Of a stretch of DNA of 64,000 nt, positions 21,505 to 31,407 are shown piece after piece. The DNA is from an uncultured Candidatus Saccharibacteria bacterium. Its GTDB lineage: Bacteria; Patescibacteriota; Dojkabacteria; GCA-016699595; JBAXKR01. The DNA lies in NCBI GenBank assembly GCA_964430225.1, contig CAYSFE010000001.1, positions 95,668-159,667 of the forward strand, in the 5' to 3' direction. The notes beneath the pieces were generated by a model, which was not told the origin of the DNA, searched no databases, and was given only the letters and a program-made list of their open reading frames with translations. Made by a program: the position numbers and the translations under genes. How positions within the stretch are numbered: the stretch's first letter is position 1; every line of letters begins with the position of its first letter.

Positions 21505-22533
21505 TTATATCAAACTTTCTTGATCAAAGACTTTGTTATCAAAATCTATTCCCAAATACTCATATGCTCTCTTTGTTGCTACTCTCCCCTTAGAAGTTCT
21601 TTGCAAGAACCCCTTTTGTATTAGGTAAGGTTCATATACGTCAGATATTGTATCTTCTTCTTCAGATAGAGCTGCAGCCATTGTATTAAGTCCTACTGGA
21701 CCACCTTCAAAGTTCTTAATAATAGATTCTAAAAGTCTTTTATCATTTTCATCTAATCCAATATCATCTACTCTAAGTAAGTTCATAGCATCAAAGAGAT
21801 CTTCTTTTGTCACTTTTGAGTTATATCTATAGTTACTAAAATCTCTAACTCTCTTAAGTAGTCTTATTGCAATTCTAGCAGTACCACGGGATCTTTTAGC
21901 TAATTCCCTGGCATGTTCTTTATCAATTTCAATACCAAGTATCTTTGATTTTTGAATTACTAGTTTCTCTAAATCATCTTCGTTATAGAAGTCAAGTCTC
22001 ATAAGAGAACCAAACCTATCTCTAAGTGGAGCACTCATCATACCTATCTTCGTAGTAGCTCCAATTATTGTAAACTTAGGGAGATCAATTCTTACAGATT
22101 TAGCAGAAGGACCTTTCCCTAAGATGATATCAATAGCATAATCTTCCATTGCTGGATAAAGCACTTCCTCTACTACTTTACTCATCCTATGAATTTCATC
22201 TATGAATAAAATATCTCCATCAGCTAAGTTAGTAATAATAGAAGCAAGATCCCCTGCTCTCTCAATAGCAGGACCAGAAGTTACATGAATATTCTTTCCC
22301 ATTTCATTTGCTACAACATATGCGAGTGATGTCTTCCCAAGTCCTGGAGGGCCATGGAATATTATATGATCTAAGGATTCACCTCTAGATTTACAAGCAT
22401 CAATCATAACCTTTAACATTTCCTTTTCTCTCTCTCTTCCGATCACATCGGCAAACATTTTAGGACGTAAGGATTTGTCTAACTCTACATCACTATCATC
22501 TTTTGTTTTTGGATTTAAAACTTGGTCTCTCAA
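21505..22533 (-). CDS. ruvB: Holliday junction helicase RuvB
   Basis: SLRPK, GPPGLGKT, FIDEIHR, GATT, LRDRFG, SRGTAR, GGPVGL, YEPYL. Confidence 0.97.
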   Translation of the reverse strand: MRDQVLNPKTKDDSDVELDKSLRPKMFADVIGREREKEMLKVMIDACKSRGESLDHIIFHGPPGLGKTSLAYVVANEMGKNIHVTSGPAIERAGDLASIITNLADGDILFIDEIHRMSKVVEEVLYPAMEDYAIDIILGKGPSAKSVRIDLPKFTIIGATTKIGMMSAPLRDRFGSLMRLDFYNEDDLEKLVIQKSKILGIEIDKEHARELAKRSRGTARIAIRLLKRVRDFSNYRYNSKVTKEDLFDAMNLLRVDDIGLDENDKRLLESIIKNFEGGPVGLNTMAAALSEEEDTISDVYEPYLIQKGFLQRTSKGRVATKRAYEYLGIDFDNKVFDQESLI

Positions 22534-23127
22534 TTATCTGCTTCTTAGATTTTGTAAAACCATCTTCATTATCACTGAATGGTCCTTTGATTCTAGATCT
22601 TTTACAGATATTTTGGAATAGGCCTCTTCTATCTCTACTTTTTTGAAACCGAGACTTGAAAGTGCATCAATAATTTCAGATTTTTGATCTTCTGATACTG
22701 CCTCTTTAATCGTCTTTTTTGTTGTATCAATATACTTGATTTCGTCAAGTTTACCACCTAATTCGAGAGTAATCTTTTCTAATGTTTTACTTCCAATTCC
22801 CTTAACTTTAAAGGCTTTTAAATTTCCTGATTTTACACCACTCACAATACTATCTACCCCGATCTCAAGTAATAGAAGTGCACTTTTAGGCCCAACTCCC
22901 GAAACACTTAAAAGTTTTTCAAAAAGATTTAATTCATTTTGAGAATCAAATCCGAATAGTCTAAACGAGTCTTCTCTCACATGTGTAAATATATATATCT
23001 CTATCTCATCCCCTTTGTTATATATCCTACCAGCCACAATCTCCACTTTGTACCCCACGTTATTCACGACAACAGAAATATATTCTGAGTTTGAAAAGAG
23101 AATTTTTCCTTTTAAGTAGTTAATCAT
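22534..23127 (-). CDS. ruvA: Holliday junction binding protein RuvA
   Basis: MINYLKG, VGY, HVRED..LFGF, VSGVGPK, ALSSLGF. Confidence 0.95.
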   Translation of the reverse strand: MINYLKGKILFSNSEYISVVVNNVGYKVEIVAGRIYNKGDEIEIYIFTHVREDSFRLFGFDSQNELNLFEKLLSVSGVGPKSALLLLEIGVDSIVSGVKSGNLKAFKVKGIGSKTLEKITLELGGKLDEIKYIDTTKKTIKEAVSEDQKSEIIDALSSLGFKKVEIEEAYSKISVKDLESKDHSVIMKMVLQNLRSR

Positions 23128-23130
23128 AGT

Positions 23131-23607
23131 TTATCTAACCACAAATGAGTGGGTAAGTGCAATAGCTAGAGCATCTGCTATATCATCAGGTCTTGGTATT
23201 TCTTTTAAGTTAAGAAGTAGTTTTACCATTTTTTGTACTTGTGCTTTATCAGCTCTTCCACTACTTGTTACTCCTTGTTTTACTTGTAAAGGCGTATACT
23301 CAGCGATCTTCACATTCTGTCTCATCAACGCAGACAGTATAACTCCTCTTGCTTCTGCAACTTGTATAACAGTCTTTTGGTTTTTGAAGTAGAATAACTC
23401 TTCAACAGCTGACTCATCTGGAGAATACTTCTTTATGATTTTTGTTAGTTCCTTATCGAGTATTAAAAGTCTTTCAGGAATACTTAAATCTTTAGAAGTG
23501 AGTATTGCTCCATATTCAACCAGAGTAGTTTTATTCCTAATCTTACTCTTCTCTACTACTCCCCAGCCTGTAATTGCTATCCCACAATCTATTCCTAGTA
23601 TTATCAT
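23131..23607 (-). CDS. ruvC: Crossover junction endodeoxyribonuclease RuvC
   Basis: ILGID, VEELFY, EYTPLQVKQ, PDDIADALAIA. Confidence 0.96.
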   Translation of the reverse strand: MIILGIDCGIAITGWGVVEKSKIRNKTTLVEYGAILTSKDLSIPERLLILDKELTKIIKKYSPDESAVEELFYFKNQKTVIQVAEARGVILSALMRQNVKIAEYTPLQVKQGVTSSGRADKAQVQKMVKLLLNLKEIPRPDDIADALAIALTHSFVVR

Positions 23608-24419
23608 TTAACGTTATGCCAAACGTTTAATACGTCATCTGATTCTTCCATTTTCTCAATGAAGTTATGTAACTTTTCTTCTTTCTCTTCAGGTATTTCG
23701 ATAGGGCTTTTACATATTTTTACAACTTCTGCACTTTCTATCTTGTATCCTAATTTACTTATTTCTTTATACACATGATTCAAATCAGTTTTTGAGGTTA
23801 GAATTTCAAAGCCCATGTAGTTTTCTTCTCCTTCTAGTTCATCATTTGTAACAAACTCTAGTTCCATATCTAATACATCATTAACACCGGTGATATCTAG
23901 TATTTGAAGCATTACTTCATCCTTGTTATCTACTTTTACCAGCTTATCTATTCCTCCATATTTCTCTGATTTCACTACTTTAGCTAAGTACATATTTATT
24001 CTTCCCATTTCTTCAAATTGCCAAGATACTGAATTTACAGATCCCATAACAGCACCCGAACTTTCAGCCATTTTTCTAATACTTGCAAATGTCCTATTCG
24101 CATTATCAGTAAGACAATCTATGATAAAAGCAATATCTCCTCCTAAATATCCTTCATAACTGATATTTTCATAGCTAACTGCATCTTTACCTACCCCAAG
24201 TCCTTTATCTATAGCCTTTTGGACATTATCTTTAGGTAAGTTAGCAGCTTTAGCCTTATCTATTGCTAGTCTAAGTGCAAAGTTAAGATCTGCATCTCCA
24301 CCACCTGTTTTGGCAGCAACTGTAATAGCATTACCAAGCTTCGTGAATAGAGCTCCACGTTTCTGATCTGTAACTCCTTTAGCTCTTTTAATCTTAGCCC
24401 ATTTTGAATGTCCTGACAT
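23604..24419 (-). CDS. yebC: YebC/PmpR (TACO1) family protein
   Basis: MSGHSKWAKIKR, YEGY, LTDN.NRT, DDVLNVWHN; longer than usual in the third domain. Confidence 0.93.
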   Translation of the reverse strand: MSGHSKWAKIKRAKGVTDQKRGALFTKLGNAITVAAKTGGGDADLNFALRLAIDKAKAANLPKDNVQKAIDKGLGVGKDAVSYENISYEGYLGGDIAFIIDCLTDNANRTFASIRKMAESSGAVMGSVNSVSWQFEEMGRINMYLAKVVKSEKYGGIDKLVKVDNKDEVMLQILDITGVNDVLDMELEFVTNDELEGEENYMGFEILTSKTDLNHVYKEISKLGYKIESAEVVKICKSPIEIPEEKEEKLHNFIEKMEESDDVLNVWHNVK

Positions 24420-24453
24420 AGTTATTACTTAATATCTTAGCTTACGTATACTA

Positions 24454-25461
24454 TCACTTAGATAACCTACCAATCAACCCCAGTACTTCATTAATATTTA
24501 AAATATCAGTTGTATCTGAGCTTAAGTATGCTAGTAGTATGTCATTAGTCTCAATACGATTCATACTTTTGAGTTTAGTAACTATAAAAGTATTAGAGCT
24601 TTCTTCTAAAGAACTATTTAGAGAGTCTTTAATATTTCCAATGATTTTTTCAACGAATTTCTCATCGTCTGAGAGACTTACTCCTTTTAATGTCATTTCA
24701 AATCCCATATCACTTTTAAGTTTCTCCATAATAGCTCCATGTTTCTTTTTAAAAGTTTCATTTATGAATTCTCCATCCATTAGTTTCTTTTCTGCAGCTT
24801 TACTTCTCGTTAAAGGATAGAAAATACCAGCAATGAAGCCTATAATTCCAAAATATCTTTTTGTCTCATCTCTTCCTTTCTCAAGCCCCCTCTTTAAACT
24901 CACTATTGCCTTAGTCCAAGAAGGAGATATTGGGCGAAGACATATTTGAATAACAAATTGATCAGTTTTATTTAGCGAAGTAATTACTTCACTTCTATAT
25001 TCTCGTGGGTTATATGGGATTGCAAAGTCTTGCTTTGTTTCAAATTCAAAATAGTCTTTATATTTACTTTTTAATAATATATCCACTTTATTTAATGCTT
25101 TTTTTTCTTTGTCTTTTTTAAAATCTGAAAGTTTATCTAATACTTCTGGTCTTAATCTTAAGTACATTTCTCCATTTACAAACTCAATAACTAAATACTC
25201 TCTTGATTTAAATAGCTTAAATGACTCTTGGAATAGGGATGTTAATTGAGAAAGTCCTAAATCACCCTTCTTTAAAGCTATTCTTACATACTTATTACTT
25301 GTATATTCGTTTTCCCTTCTCTTACCGTCAAGAATTACAAGCACTACTAGAATAAAGATTAAAAAGAAAACACATAGAAGAATATAATTTAAATATGGGA
25401 TTAAAGGGTCAAAATTAGAAGATCTTAAAATACCAATTATTTCTTCAAGTGCCTGTCTCAT
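24454..25461 (-). CDS. Hypothetical membrane-anchored protein
   Basis: N-terminal TM; IQICLRP...W, K...GF, ILNINE motifs reminiscent of the N-terminal region of CPR VirB4/TraG-like ATPases; no P-loop. Confidence 0.65.
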   Translation of the reverse strand: MRQALEEIIGILRSSNFDPLIPYLNYILLCVFFLIFILVVLVILDGKRRENEYTSNKYVRIALKKGDLGLSQLTSLFQESFKLFKSREYLVIEFVNGEMYLRLRPEVLDKLSDFKKDKEKKALNKVDILLKSKYKDYFEFETKQDFAIPYNPREYRSEVITSLNKTDQFVIQICLRPISPSWTKAIVSLKRGLEKGRDETKRYFGIIGFIAGIFYPLTRSKAAEKKLMDGEFINETFKKKHGAIMEKLKSDMGFEMTLKGVSLSDDEKFVEKIIGNIKDSLNSSLEESSNTFIVTKLKSMNRIETNDILLAYLSSDTTDILNINEVLGLIGRLSK

Positions 25462-26655
25462 TTAAAACGTTTTCACAAGAATTAATATATCTGCAGTAGA
25501 AAGCTTTTCAGGACTTTCATACTTAAAATCTGCATCTACAAATATTTTCTTTAAATACTCAGTAGTTTTTACATATTTATTACTATCTTTAATATATATG
25601 GTATTTTTTGAAACTTCCACACTAAAATTCCCTGTCCTATTTATTGATAATCCAGCATTTGAAAGATACCTTCCAACCTTTGTAGCAAGCCCTTTTTCAT
25701 TCGATGCATTTAGAACTTCTATTCTAACTTGCTCTCGTAATATAGCCTTATCTGAAAAATTATCTCTAATATATCTATCAAACTTATCTTGATCCATATA
25801 TCTCTTACCAGAAACTATATTGAATATGCTGGTTGGTGTAAAATATAGAGACATTTTATTTGCAGAAGACACTAAATCACTAATTAAGCTTCTAAAATCA
25901 TTAATTTCAATATTTGTGAATATATGTTCTTTGGTACTTAAGGTTAATTTAGAAAAGGACAGTAAAAAATCAAGATTTCCAAATCTTTTAAGCATTTCCA
26001 CCATATATTTATTGTCATTTACTAGTCTTTGACCCTCATTTGAGTACTCGTTATTCCAAAAGCTATCAAAGTTTGAATTAGTTATTTCAATTCTTCCTTT
26101 TTTAAATGTATTTGAATCATATTCATTAGAAACCGTTAGTGGACCAATATATGTATGGAAGTCTTTAATATACTTACGATCAATTATGATATATCCATCA
26201 GATTTTAGTGCAATATAGTTCTCCCAGAATGATATGAAATCATTAATACTATCCCCTTTTAGCTTCATATATTGAAGTATTTTAGATACTTCCATGTTAC
26301 TTCCATATTTACTCTCAGAAACTATAGCTGTGGTTGATATGTTTAAAAGTTTAAAGTTTCTTGTTGATGGATTTTGTTGAAGTACAAAAAACCCTGTAAT
26401 TAGTTCATACCCCGATGATTTATCACGTATAAAGATAAAGATATTATTACTATCTAGTTTTGACTCATATATCTTTTTATTCGCATCTCCAAAGTTTCCT
26501 ACTGAATAGTTAAACATATTTACCATATTTGAAGCCAGTAAATATCCAGAATATATTAGGAATAGAGAGAGAATAACTAAAAATAGGATCTTAAACCGTC
26601 TTTTTAATCCATCGAAAAGATGTTTTTTACTTTTAAGTCTTTTTAGAAATTTCAT
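25462..26655 (-). CDS. LCP (LytR-CpsA-Psr)-like protein with LytR_C domain, divergent
   Basis: TM anchor; C-terminal RIEVLNAS...GLA..V...L...G...GN LytR_C motif; start placed at MKFLKRL. Confidence 0.75.
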   Translation of the reverse strand: MKFLKRLKSKKHLFDGLKRRFKILFLVILSLFLIYSGYLLASNMVNMFNYSVGNFGDANKKIYESKLDSNNIFIFIRDKSSGYELITGFFVLQQNPSTRNFKLLNISTTAIVSESKYGSNMEVSKILQYMKLKGDSINDFISFWENYIALKSDGYIIIDRKYIKDFHTYIGPLTVSNEYDSNTFKKGRIEITNSNFDSFWNNEYSNEGQRLVNDNKYMVEMLKRFGNLDFLLSFSKLTLSTKEHIFTNIEINDFRSLISDLVSSANKMSLYFTPTSIFNIVSGKRYMDQDKFDRYIRDNFSDKAILREQVRIEVLNASNEKGLATKVGRYLSNAGLSINRTGNFSVEVSKNTIYIKDSNKYVKTTEYLKKIFVDADFKYESPEKLSTADILILVKTF

Positions 26656-27598
26656 GTTGGGCAGTTTTAAATATTGATGGAAGTTCTGATAGGAACTCCA
26701 TAGGGGTTCCATCCATGAGCTTTAATTTTACTTTATGTGCATGTAGCATAAGTCTTTCATAAGATTTTCCAGAATATATCAGGTCTCCCCATATTGGGAA
26801 GCCAATACTACTTAAATGTACTCTTAATTGGTGTGTTCTACCTGTTTTAGGATATGCTTCAAGCATATGATCGTCTACTAGTTTAAATCTTGTTTCAGAG
26901 TATTTTAGAGCGTCTTTTGAGCCTGATTCTTGTAAACTCATCTTCTTTCTATCTCTTAACGATCTTCCCATAAACCCAGATACCAATATCTCGTTTTCAG
27001 ACAAATTCTTTACTTGCCCAATAACTTTTCCCTTTGAGTTTTTAATTTTAAAATCTCCCTTTTTAAATTCTTTTGAAACACCCTCATCTACCATACAAAT
27101 ATACATTTTTTCTACTTCCCTATGCTCAAAAAGTGAAGAATAGTAATCAAGAGCAACAGGATTTTTAGCTACTAGTAGTACACCTGAGGTGTCTTTATCT
27201 AGCCTATGGACAAGACCCATTCTAATATCTAGAGATTCTTCTGTAAGACCTAGATAGTACATAACAGCATTTGAAACAGTTCCAGAAGTAACACCTGAAC
27301 CTGGATGTACGACCATTCCAACCTCTTTATCAATCACTAACAAATCTTTATCCTCATATATTATCTTTAGCGCTATATTTTCTGGAAGTATATGATCATT
27401 CTTTGGAGTTTCAAGAGTCTCATAGCTAATTTCATCTCCAATTTTTAACTTTGTAGAAGATGATTCTTTTTTTCCATTTAAAAGTATTTGCGAAGATTCT
27501 ATGAAATGTTGGACAGAATTTCTCGATAACCCTAAATGAAGAGCCATAAAGACGTCAAGTCTACTTCCTCTATTTTCTTCATTTATCTGTATTTTCAT
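26633..27598 (-). CDS. rluD: RluA/RluD family 23S rRNA pseudouridine synthase
   Basis: N-terminal S4 domain (RLD...SR), GMVVHP, VHRLDKDTSG catalytic Asp, TGRTHQLRVH, LHA. Confidence 0.92.
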   Translation of the reverse strand: MKIQINEENRGSRLDVFMALHLGLSRNSVQHFIESSQILLNGKKESSSTKLKIGDEISYETLETPKNDHILPENIALKIIYEDKDLLVIDKEVGMVVHPGSGVTSGTVSNAVMYYLGLTEESLDIRMGLVHRLDKDTSGVLLVAKNPVALDYYSSLFEHREVEKMYICMVDEGVSKEFKKGDFKIKNSKGKVIGQVKNLSENEILVSGFMGRSLRDRKKMSLQESGSKDALKYSETRFKLVDDHMLEAYPKTGRTHQLRVHLSSIGFPIWGDLIYSGKSYERLMLHAHKVKLKLMDGTPMEFLSELPSIFKTAQHEISKKT

Positions 27599-28517
27599 TT
27601 TTGGATCCAAACAATTTATTAAAAGACCCTTTCATACTTGACCCAAATATTGAAGAAATTGTAGACTCGTTAACTTCTCGGTATGACTGATTAAAACCTT
27701 TAGATACGCCTTCTCCTCTTCTTACAAACCTAGCCCTTTCTTTAACAATATCAACATCTGAACTTGCCCTGTCTAAAGAATTTTCCTTAATAGTAATAGC
27801 TTTCTCAAGTAAAAGAAGGAAAAATGTTAAGAATAGGATACCTATATATACAAGTAACTTCTTTAAATCAAAAGAAATATATATTGAGTTTAAAGCAAAT
27901 ACCAGGTATGACAAAAATAGAACCCATTTAAGAAACGTAGCATTAGAAAATCTTTGTGACATAGTGACAAAATACAAACATACAAGAAAACCTAGTATTA
28001 ATGGGTATGTATAGCTATCAAGTCCAGTTAGTGGATTTTTTGAAATATATACAAGTAAAACTACACTCATTAATAGTAGAGAAATTCTTCCATATCTTAC
28101 AAAAGTAAGAAAATATGTTTTTCCAAGTTTAAATTTAGAATCTATCATTGAAAAAAGAAATACTGGAACTATTGAAGCAGAGATAAAATAGTTAAAATCC
28201 CATATTTTGAATATACTCCAAGGATAGGTATCAAAAAATATTCTATTAACGATATTATTATCAAAATCTTCAACTATCCTATATGGAAGTAAATTCCAAG
28301 CTACATTTTGATCATAAAACACGATAAGGTAAAGAAGCCTTGTTACAAATACCCAAATTAAAAGAAAAAGTAGAAGCTTATCAAATTCTGAATATATATC
28401 AGTTTGTGATTTTCTTGCAAATCTCCAAGTGGTATAGAAAGCTATGAGTAAAGTAACAACCACCATGAATAATGGAGAGCGAATAATCCCTAAAATTGTT
28501 TCTAAGATAGCAGACAT
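27579..28517 (-). CDS. Multi-pass membrane protein, degenerate Lgt-like
   Basis: TRLLYLI...SIFKIWD resembles the Lgt ARL.YV...IFKIWEGG segment, but GGLSFHGG and GR.GNF motifs are not conserved. Confidence 0.5.
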   Translation of the reverse strand: MSAILETILGIIRSPLFMVVVTLLIAFYTTWRFARKSQTDIYSEFDKLLLFLLIWVFVTRLLYLIVFYDQNVAWNLLPYRIVEDFDNNIVNRIFFDTYPWSIFKIWDFNYFISASIVPVFLFSMIDSKFKLGKTYFLTFVRYGRISLLLMSVVLLVYISKNPLTGLDSYTYPLILGFLVCLYFVTMSQRFSNATFLKWVLFLSYLVFALNSIYISFDLKKLLVYIGILFLTFFLLLLEKAITIKENSLDRASSDVDIVKERARFVRRGEGVSKGFNQSYREVNESTISSIFGSSMKGSFNKLFGSKNENTDK

Positions 28518-29722
28518 ACTACTTTGTCATCCTCATTTAATATTTTATTAAACTCTTCAACAATTTGATCTTTAGTAATACTGTTTGAGATTTTAATATA
28601 TTCTTCAACTGTTTTAAACTCTCCTTTCTTTAAGTACTCTAGTCCAAAGAAGCTAGCAAAGTCTTCAGCTGTCTCAATATCCTTTCTAAGACCTGATTCA
28701 ATCATTGTCTTAGCTCTTTTAAGATCCTCATCACTAAAATCACCTTTTCTCATCTCTAGTATACAGCTTTCTATGAGTTCTTGGGCTTTTTTAACACTAT
28801 TTTTATTTACCCCAGCTGAAATCATAAACATACCAGTATCTGACATATATGAAGAACCAGATGATTGGTAGTATGAAAGTCCATTTTTTTCACGTAAGGT
28901 ATGAAAAAGTTTACTTGTAAAGCCTTGGCCAAGAATTACATTACCTAGGGATAAAGCATATCTACTAGGGTTAAAATAATCATATGTATGACATCCTAGT
29001 ATTATATGTGCCTGTTCTAATCCCCTATCTTTGCTTACGTTCTTGCTTACTTTTTCAAATACTTCTTTGCTCTTCTTAAAATTTGGGTTTTCTTTTAAGA
29101 ATGAGAACGAATCGGACAAGTATTTCTCTACTTCAGAGAAATCAATATTTCCTGATACTGTGATAAGCATATTGTTTGAGACATAGTTTTCGTCTTTAAA
29201 GTTTGAGATATCCTTTTGGGATATCTTACTTACACTCTCTCTATACCCTGTTGGAGATACTTTAAGAGTAGTATTACCAAATAGAGTTGGTAAAAACATA
29301 TTGTCATATATATCGTTTTGAGGATCATCATTATACATCTTAATTTCCTCTAGAATCACATTCCTTTCTTTATCAATATCAAGATAAAGTGGATTCTCTA
29401 TCATTTCAGAAAGTAGTTCAATACCCTCTCTCACCTTGTTATATGGAAGTTTAATGTAGTAGCAAGTTGTTTCAGATCCAGTATATGCATTTGTATCTCC
29501 TCCAATATTTTCTATCTCACTAGCAAAACTCATTGTGGAAGGATATTTTTTAGTTCCCTTAAAGAACATATGTTCTAGAAAATGTGCCAATCCTTCCTTC
29601 CCTACTGGATCCGATCTAGACCCAGACTTTGCAAACACATTTATACTCACCGAATATGAATCAGGCAAGTTTATTAACATTACATCAAGAGAATTTTTAA
29701 GCTTTATGGTTTTAATTTGCAT
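28502..29722 (-). CDS. M16 (pitrilysin/insulinase) zinc peptidase
   Basis: GLAHFLEHMFFKGT inverzincin motif, NAYT, ERNVILEE, SKLF..LREKNGLSY. Confidence 0.93.
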   Translation of the reverse strand: MQIKTIKLKNSLDVMLINLPDSYSVSINVFAKSGSRSDPVGKEGLAHFLEHMFFKGTKKYPSTMSFASEIENIGGDTNAYTGSETTCYYIKLPYNKVREGIELLSEMIENPLYLDIDKERNVILEEIKMYNDDPQNDIYDNMFLPTLFGNTTLKVSPTGYRESVSKISQKDISNFKDENYVSNNMLITVSGNIDFSEVEKYLSDSFSFLKENPNFKKSKEVFEKVSKNVSKDRGLEQAHIILGCHTYDYFNPSRYALSLGNVILGQGFTSKLFHTLREKNGLSYYQSSGSSYMSDTGMFMISAGVNKNSVKKAQELIESCILEMRKGDFSDEDLKRAKTMIESGLRKDIETAEDFASFFGLEYLKKGEFKTVEEYIKISNSITKDQIVEEFNKILNEDDKVVCLLS

Positions 29723-30636
29723 TATCTCCTTCTATTCTTCTTCTTTTTTTTAGACTTTGCAATAGATTTGAGAGAAGTATCTTCTGAAACTGTAGGATTA
29801 TTAACAATAGGGCTATTTTCTGGAAGAATTATGATCCCAGTTTCTCTTTTCTTAAAAAGTTTACCAAAGTCAATGCCTCTATATGTTGGGATATATTTAA
29901 AGCTAAAAAGATATTTCAAGAATGATTTTAGTTCACTATCTTTGAATTCTGGTTTTTTAAATACAGGCCTCTTAAATTTAATTGAAGGTTTTTTAATCTT
30001 TATTCCCCTTACTTTTTCTTTTAAGTTTGAAAGTCTTTCTTTAAGAGTTATCTTTTTCTTTTCTTCTACTATTTCTACATTTTCAGCTTCTAGTCTAGTA
30101 GGTTCAGACGGTTCATTAACTTTCTCTACTTCTGTTTTTACTGTTTCCTCTACTTTAGGACTTTCATTCTGAGTTTCTCCTTTATTCTCCAAAATATTCT
30201 TTACTGAATCAGTATTTAGCATTGTTACATTTATCTTTGGAGCATTCTTTCCTTCAGGATCAGGAGTTACATCAAGTGTAAAGCTAAGTTTAAGTGGAGT
30301 TGTAGAGTTTCCTAATATCTTAGGATCAAATGATATTGGGAACATATTTGCTGATTTTATTAGCCGTATCTCCTCTTTAGTATGTTCAGGTCTTAATACT
30401 ACATATATGATTAATGCTGGGATATTAAAGACTAGGACAAAAAGGGTTACCAATATTGCAGTAATTCTTCTTTTGTAACGGGTTCTAACATCAAAATATA
30501 CCCAAATACATATACATAACCAAAACAAGAGAAGGAAGATGCCAAGTGCTTTAAAAATGGAGTCCCAGTCACGGTTCTGATTATCTTGAATCTGTTTAAG
30601 AATAAACTCCCCAATTGTTGTAGACTTTGATGTCAT
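29722..30636 (-). CDS. Hypothetical membrane protein with charged/basic C-terminal region
   Basis: WVYFD..R and LIIYVVLRP two-TM module followed by a Glu/Lys-rich tail. Confidence 0.7.
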   Translation of the reverse strand: MTSKSTTIGEFILKQIQDNQNRDWDSIFKALGIFLLLFWLCICIWVYFDVRTRYKRRITAILVTLFVLVFNIPALIIYVVLRPEHTKEEIRLIKSANMFPISFDPKILGNSTTPLKLSFTLDVTPDPEGKNAPKINVTMLNTDSVKNILENKGETQNESPKVEETVKTEVEKVNEPSEPTRLEAENVEIVEEKKKITLKERLSNLKEKVRGIKIKKPSIKFKRPVFKKPEFKDSELKSFLKYLFSFKYIPTYRGIDFGKLFKKRETGIIILPENSPIVNNPTVSEDTSLKSIAKSKKKKKNRRR

Positions 30637-30670
30637 TTTCTTTTGTCATACTATTGGGCAGTGAAATATA

Positions 30671-31237
30671 TTAAGCTTTTGTTAAATACTTTCCATCTCC
30701 TGTACTCACTTTAATTCTATCTCCTTCTTTAATGAAGAGAGGTACTTGTATTTCGTATCCTGTTTCTAATTTCGCATTTTTAAATGCTCCAGTTGCTGTA
30801 TCCCCCGCTACTGCATGGTCAGCCTCAATTACATTTAGATCTACATTTAAAGCAGGTTCAAAACTAACAGGCTTTTCATCTAAGAAAAGTACTTGTACTT
30901 CCATTCCTTCTTTAAGGAAGTTTAATTCCCACTCGTGTTCAGCTACTAAGAAAGAGAATTGAGAAAAGTCAGCTACATCCATGAAGTAAAGACTTCTATC
31001 ATCTTTGTAAAGATACTGTGCATTTCTTCTTGCTACATCAGCTACTTCTAGCTTATCTCCATCTGTAAATGTCTTTTCAGTAGTAGTTCCATTAAGGAGA
31101 TTCTTTATCTTAACTCGTATTGTTGCATGTCCTCTTCCTCTTTTGTTATGTTCATATTTAAGTACACTAAATGTACCACCGTCTAATTTAAAAACTGTAC
31201 CATTCCTTAATTCTGTTGGGCTTAAAAAACTTGCCAT
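30671..31237 (-). CDS. efp: Elongation factor P
   Basis: ELRNG, KRGRG loop, QYLY.D, GDTA, LETG..IQVPLFI..GD.IKVST..G.Y. Confidence 0.95.
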   Translation of the reverse strand: MASFLSPTELRNGTVFKLDGGTFSVLKYEHNKRGRGHATIRVKIKNLLNGTTTEKTFTDGDKLEVADVARRNAQYLYKDDRSLYFMDVADFSQFSFLVAEHEWELNFLKEGMEVQVLFLDEKPVSFEPALNVDLNVIEADHAVAGDTATGAFKNAKLETGYEIQVPLFIKEGDRIKVSTGDGKYLTKA

Positions 31238-31272
31238 GATTTAAAACAATATTTAAATATATATTAATAATA

Positions 31273-31356
31273 TGCCGAGAGAGGGAATCGAACCCTCATG
31301 ATATCGCTACCGCAGGATTTTGAGTCCTGTGCGTCTACCAATTCCGCCATCTCGGC
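31273..31356 (-). tRNA. tRNA-Leu(CAA)
   Basis: GCCGAGA acceptor stem, anticodon arm CAGGA-CTCAAAA-TCCTG, long variable arm, GGTTCGATTCC T-arm; CCA not encoded. Confidence 0.96.
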
Positions 31357-31407
31357 GAAACTCCTATACATTATACGTTATGGATACCCAATATATGAAG
31401 TGAAATA

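Noticed and set aside
29723-29735. AAGGAG upstream of the M16 peptidase as a functional SD
   Set aside because: Only 3 nt from the ATG and formed by the terminal Arg codons of the upstream gene
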